Positions 62,868-64,000 of a DNA stretch of 64,000 bases are shown in pieces; position 1 is the first letter of the stretch; each line of letters starts with the position of its first letter. Origin of the DNA: Anthoceros angustus (taxonomy: Eukaryota; Plantae; Anthocerotophyta); assembly GCA_010909165.1 (NCBI GenBank), contig VJWM01000044.1, positions 2,170,001 to 2,234,000 on the forward strand. The letters are read 5' to 3'. Made by a program: the position numbers and the translations under genes. Below the pieces are notes generated by a model. It was not told the DNA's origin, did not search any database, and was given only the letters and a program-made list of their open reading frames with translations.

Positions 62868-62929
62868 CGTGTGATGTAGCAGCCCCAGAGGACGTGAGGA
62901 TAGATGTTACTTCAAAGACATACGTTTCA
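59860..62929. repeat. 15-bp exact direct repeat aagacatacgtttca (59860-59874 and 62915-62929) bracketing the IDE gene: putative target-site duplication
   Basis: Identical 15-mers lie 47 nt upstream of the ATG and overlapping the last codons. Confidence 0.85.
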
Positions 62930-64000
62930 GCTTCGTCAAGCACTTAAGCTTTCTATTCTTCGCGCTTCGTTTCCTCTCCTCAACTTAGCGGTGGTCTTCG
63001 TTAGGGATGTTGTTGCGTTTCTCTTCGACCTTTCTCCATCATTTCATGCAGAAGGAGAAGAAAATTTTATTTAAGTCATGCTGTCCAACAGGAGAGCCAG
63101 AGGCAGCAAGCGTTCTATTCTATTTTGATCTTTTTACATAGGCTACTTCTCGTGGTTGGTATCCTCGTCTGTTCCTCAATTGCCCCTCTCACAATCATGC
63201 TAATGTGGTCAAAAGTTCGGTCGGGAGCTGTCGTAGCAGGAGCTTTAGGTGGTCAAGCGGCAGGAATCGTTGATTAATTATGGACCAGTATATGTTGGCC
63301 TCTTTTTGACATGCTTTGCCTTGTTTTGAAACTAATAATTTTTTGTCTTATTTGGAACAGCTTGCGTATTATGAATTATCCATCAGTGACACACTTCAAG
63401 AGCTAGGCCCGAGATGACCGGCACATTGTTTTCTCCACTTGATTCTGTTGTCATTATTGTTGTCTGAACTTTCTTCTTTCCATACAAGGGTGACAGTTAT
63501 GCAAGGTGTATATTATATTAGTATTATTTGAAATTATTTTTCTGATATATAGTGTAATATATTAAATTTCTAACACGGGGTTGTAATTTTAATTTCTTGA
63601 ATGGCCTCTTGTAATAGATTTCGAGAAATAGAGGTGATGGATATTTTCATTGTGTCATTGGATCTCTAAAAAAAGACCTAAGTGAATTCGCACCCTACAT
63701 TTAGCAATGGAGCCCACTATTTGGGCACTAGCACAACTTGGGTGTCTTCCAGCTCCCGGTATCCATGCTCGTCAACAAGTCCATGACATAGCTCCATGTC
63801 CATTTTGGTCCCATGCCTCATCGCCCGATGTGGAGGCTTAAACTCTATCATGCTTAAATAGCATGGATGCCAAGGTACGGCATGGATGTAGGGTTAGGCG
63901 GAGATAGAAAAACATACATGATTGGAGGATACAAAATAAATATGAGTAGCCTTTTTTGAGATATGACGTTGTCGAGATCCAACTCGCGCTCGGTGAGATG

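Noticed and set aside
59636-63040. Second pair of similar sequences flanking IDE (ttcttcgaccttcccccatc vs ctcttcgacctttctccatc)
   Set aside because: Short, imperfect and pyrimidine-rich; chance similarity is likely.

Overview
Nuclear DNA of a land plant with compact genes and short GT-AG introns. A hornwort or other seed-free plant is plausible, but this is inference only. Genes, in order: ZDP/PNKP 3'-phosphatase (-), alpha-1,4-fucosyltransferase FUT13 (+), RMA1-type RING E3 ligase (-), a secreted BURP-domain protein with tandem basic/Tyr repeats (-), ELC/TSG101 copy 1 (+, one-base frameshift), a chimeric ELC copy 2 (+), a 16-exon phosphofructokinase with altered catalytic motifs (+), and an intronless insulin-degrading-enzyme (M16A) gene (-) flanked by a 15-bp direct repeat. 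Positions 1-7 kb and 20.5-53.4 kb are transposon-rich. They hold a CRE-like RLE non-LTR remnant, two TIR elements with 5'-AACA termini and 4-bp TSDs, a (CTT)n-tailed SINE-like repeat, and a ~21-kb Ty3/gypsy element with a 5-bp TSD whose indel-ridden internal repeats look like noisy long-read assembly. The best candidate for an undescribed system is the BURP protein. It has the layout of a fused, self-modifying burpitide (plant RiPP) precursor, with repeated K[R/K]-x-R-x-x-Y cores unlike the core types I know. Three other strong findings: an IDE retrogene whose C-terminus (and likely its PTS1) was replaced by its own target-site duplication; a tandem duplication that put a 5'-truncated ELC behind a copy of the PFK promoter/5'UTR; and a putative pseudo-enzyme PFK.
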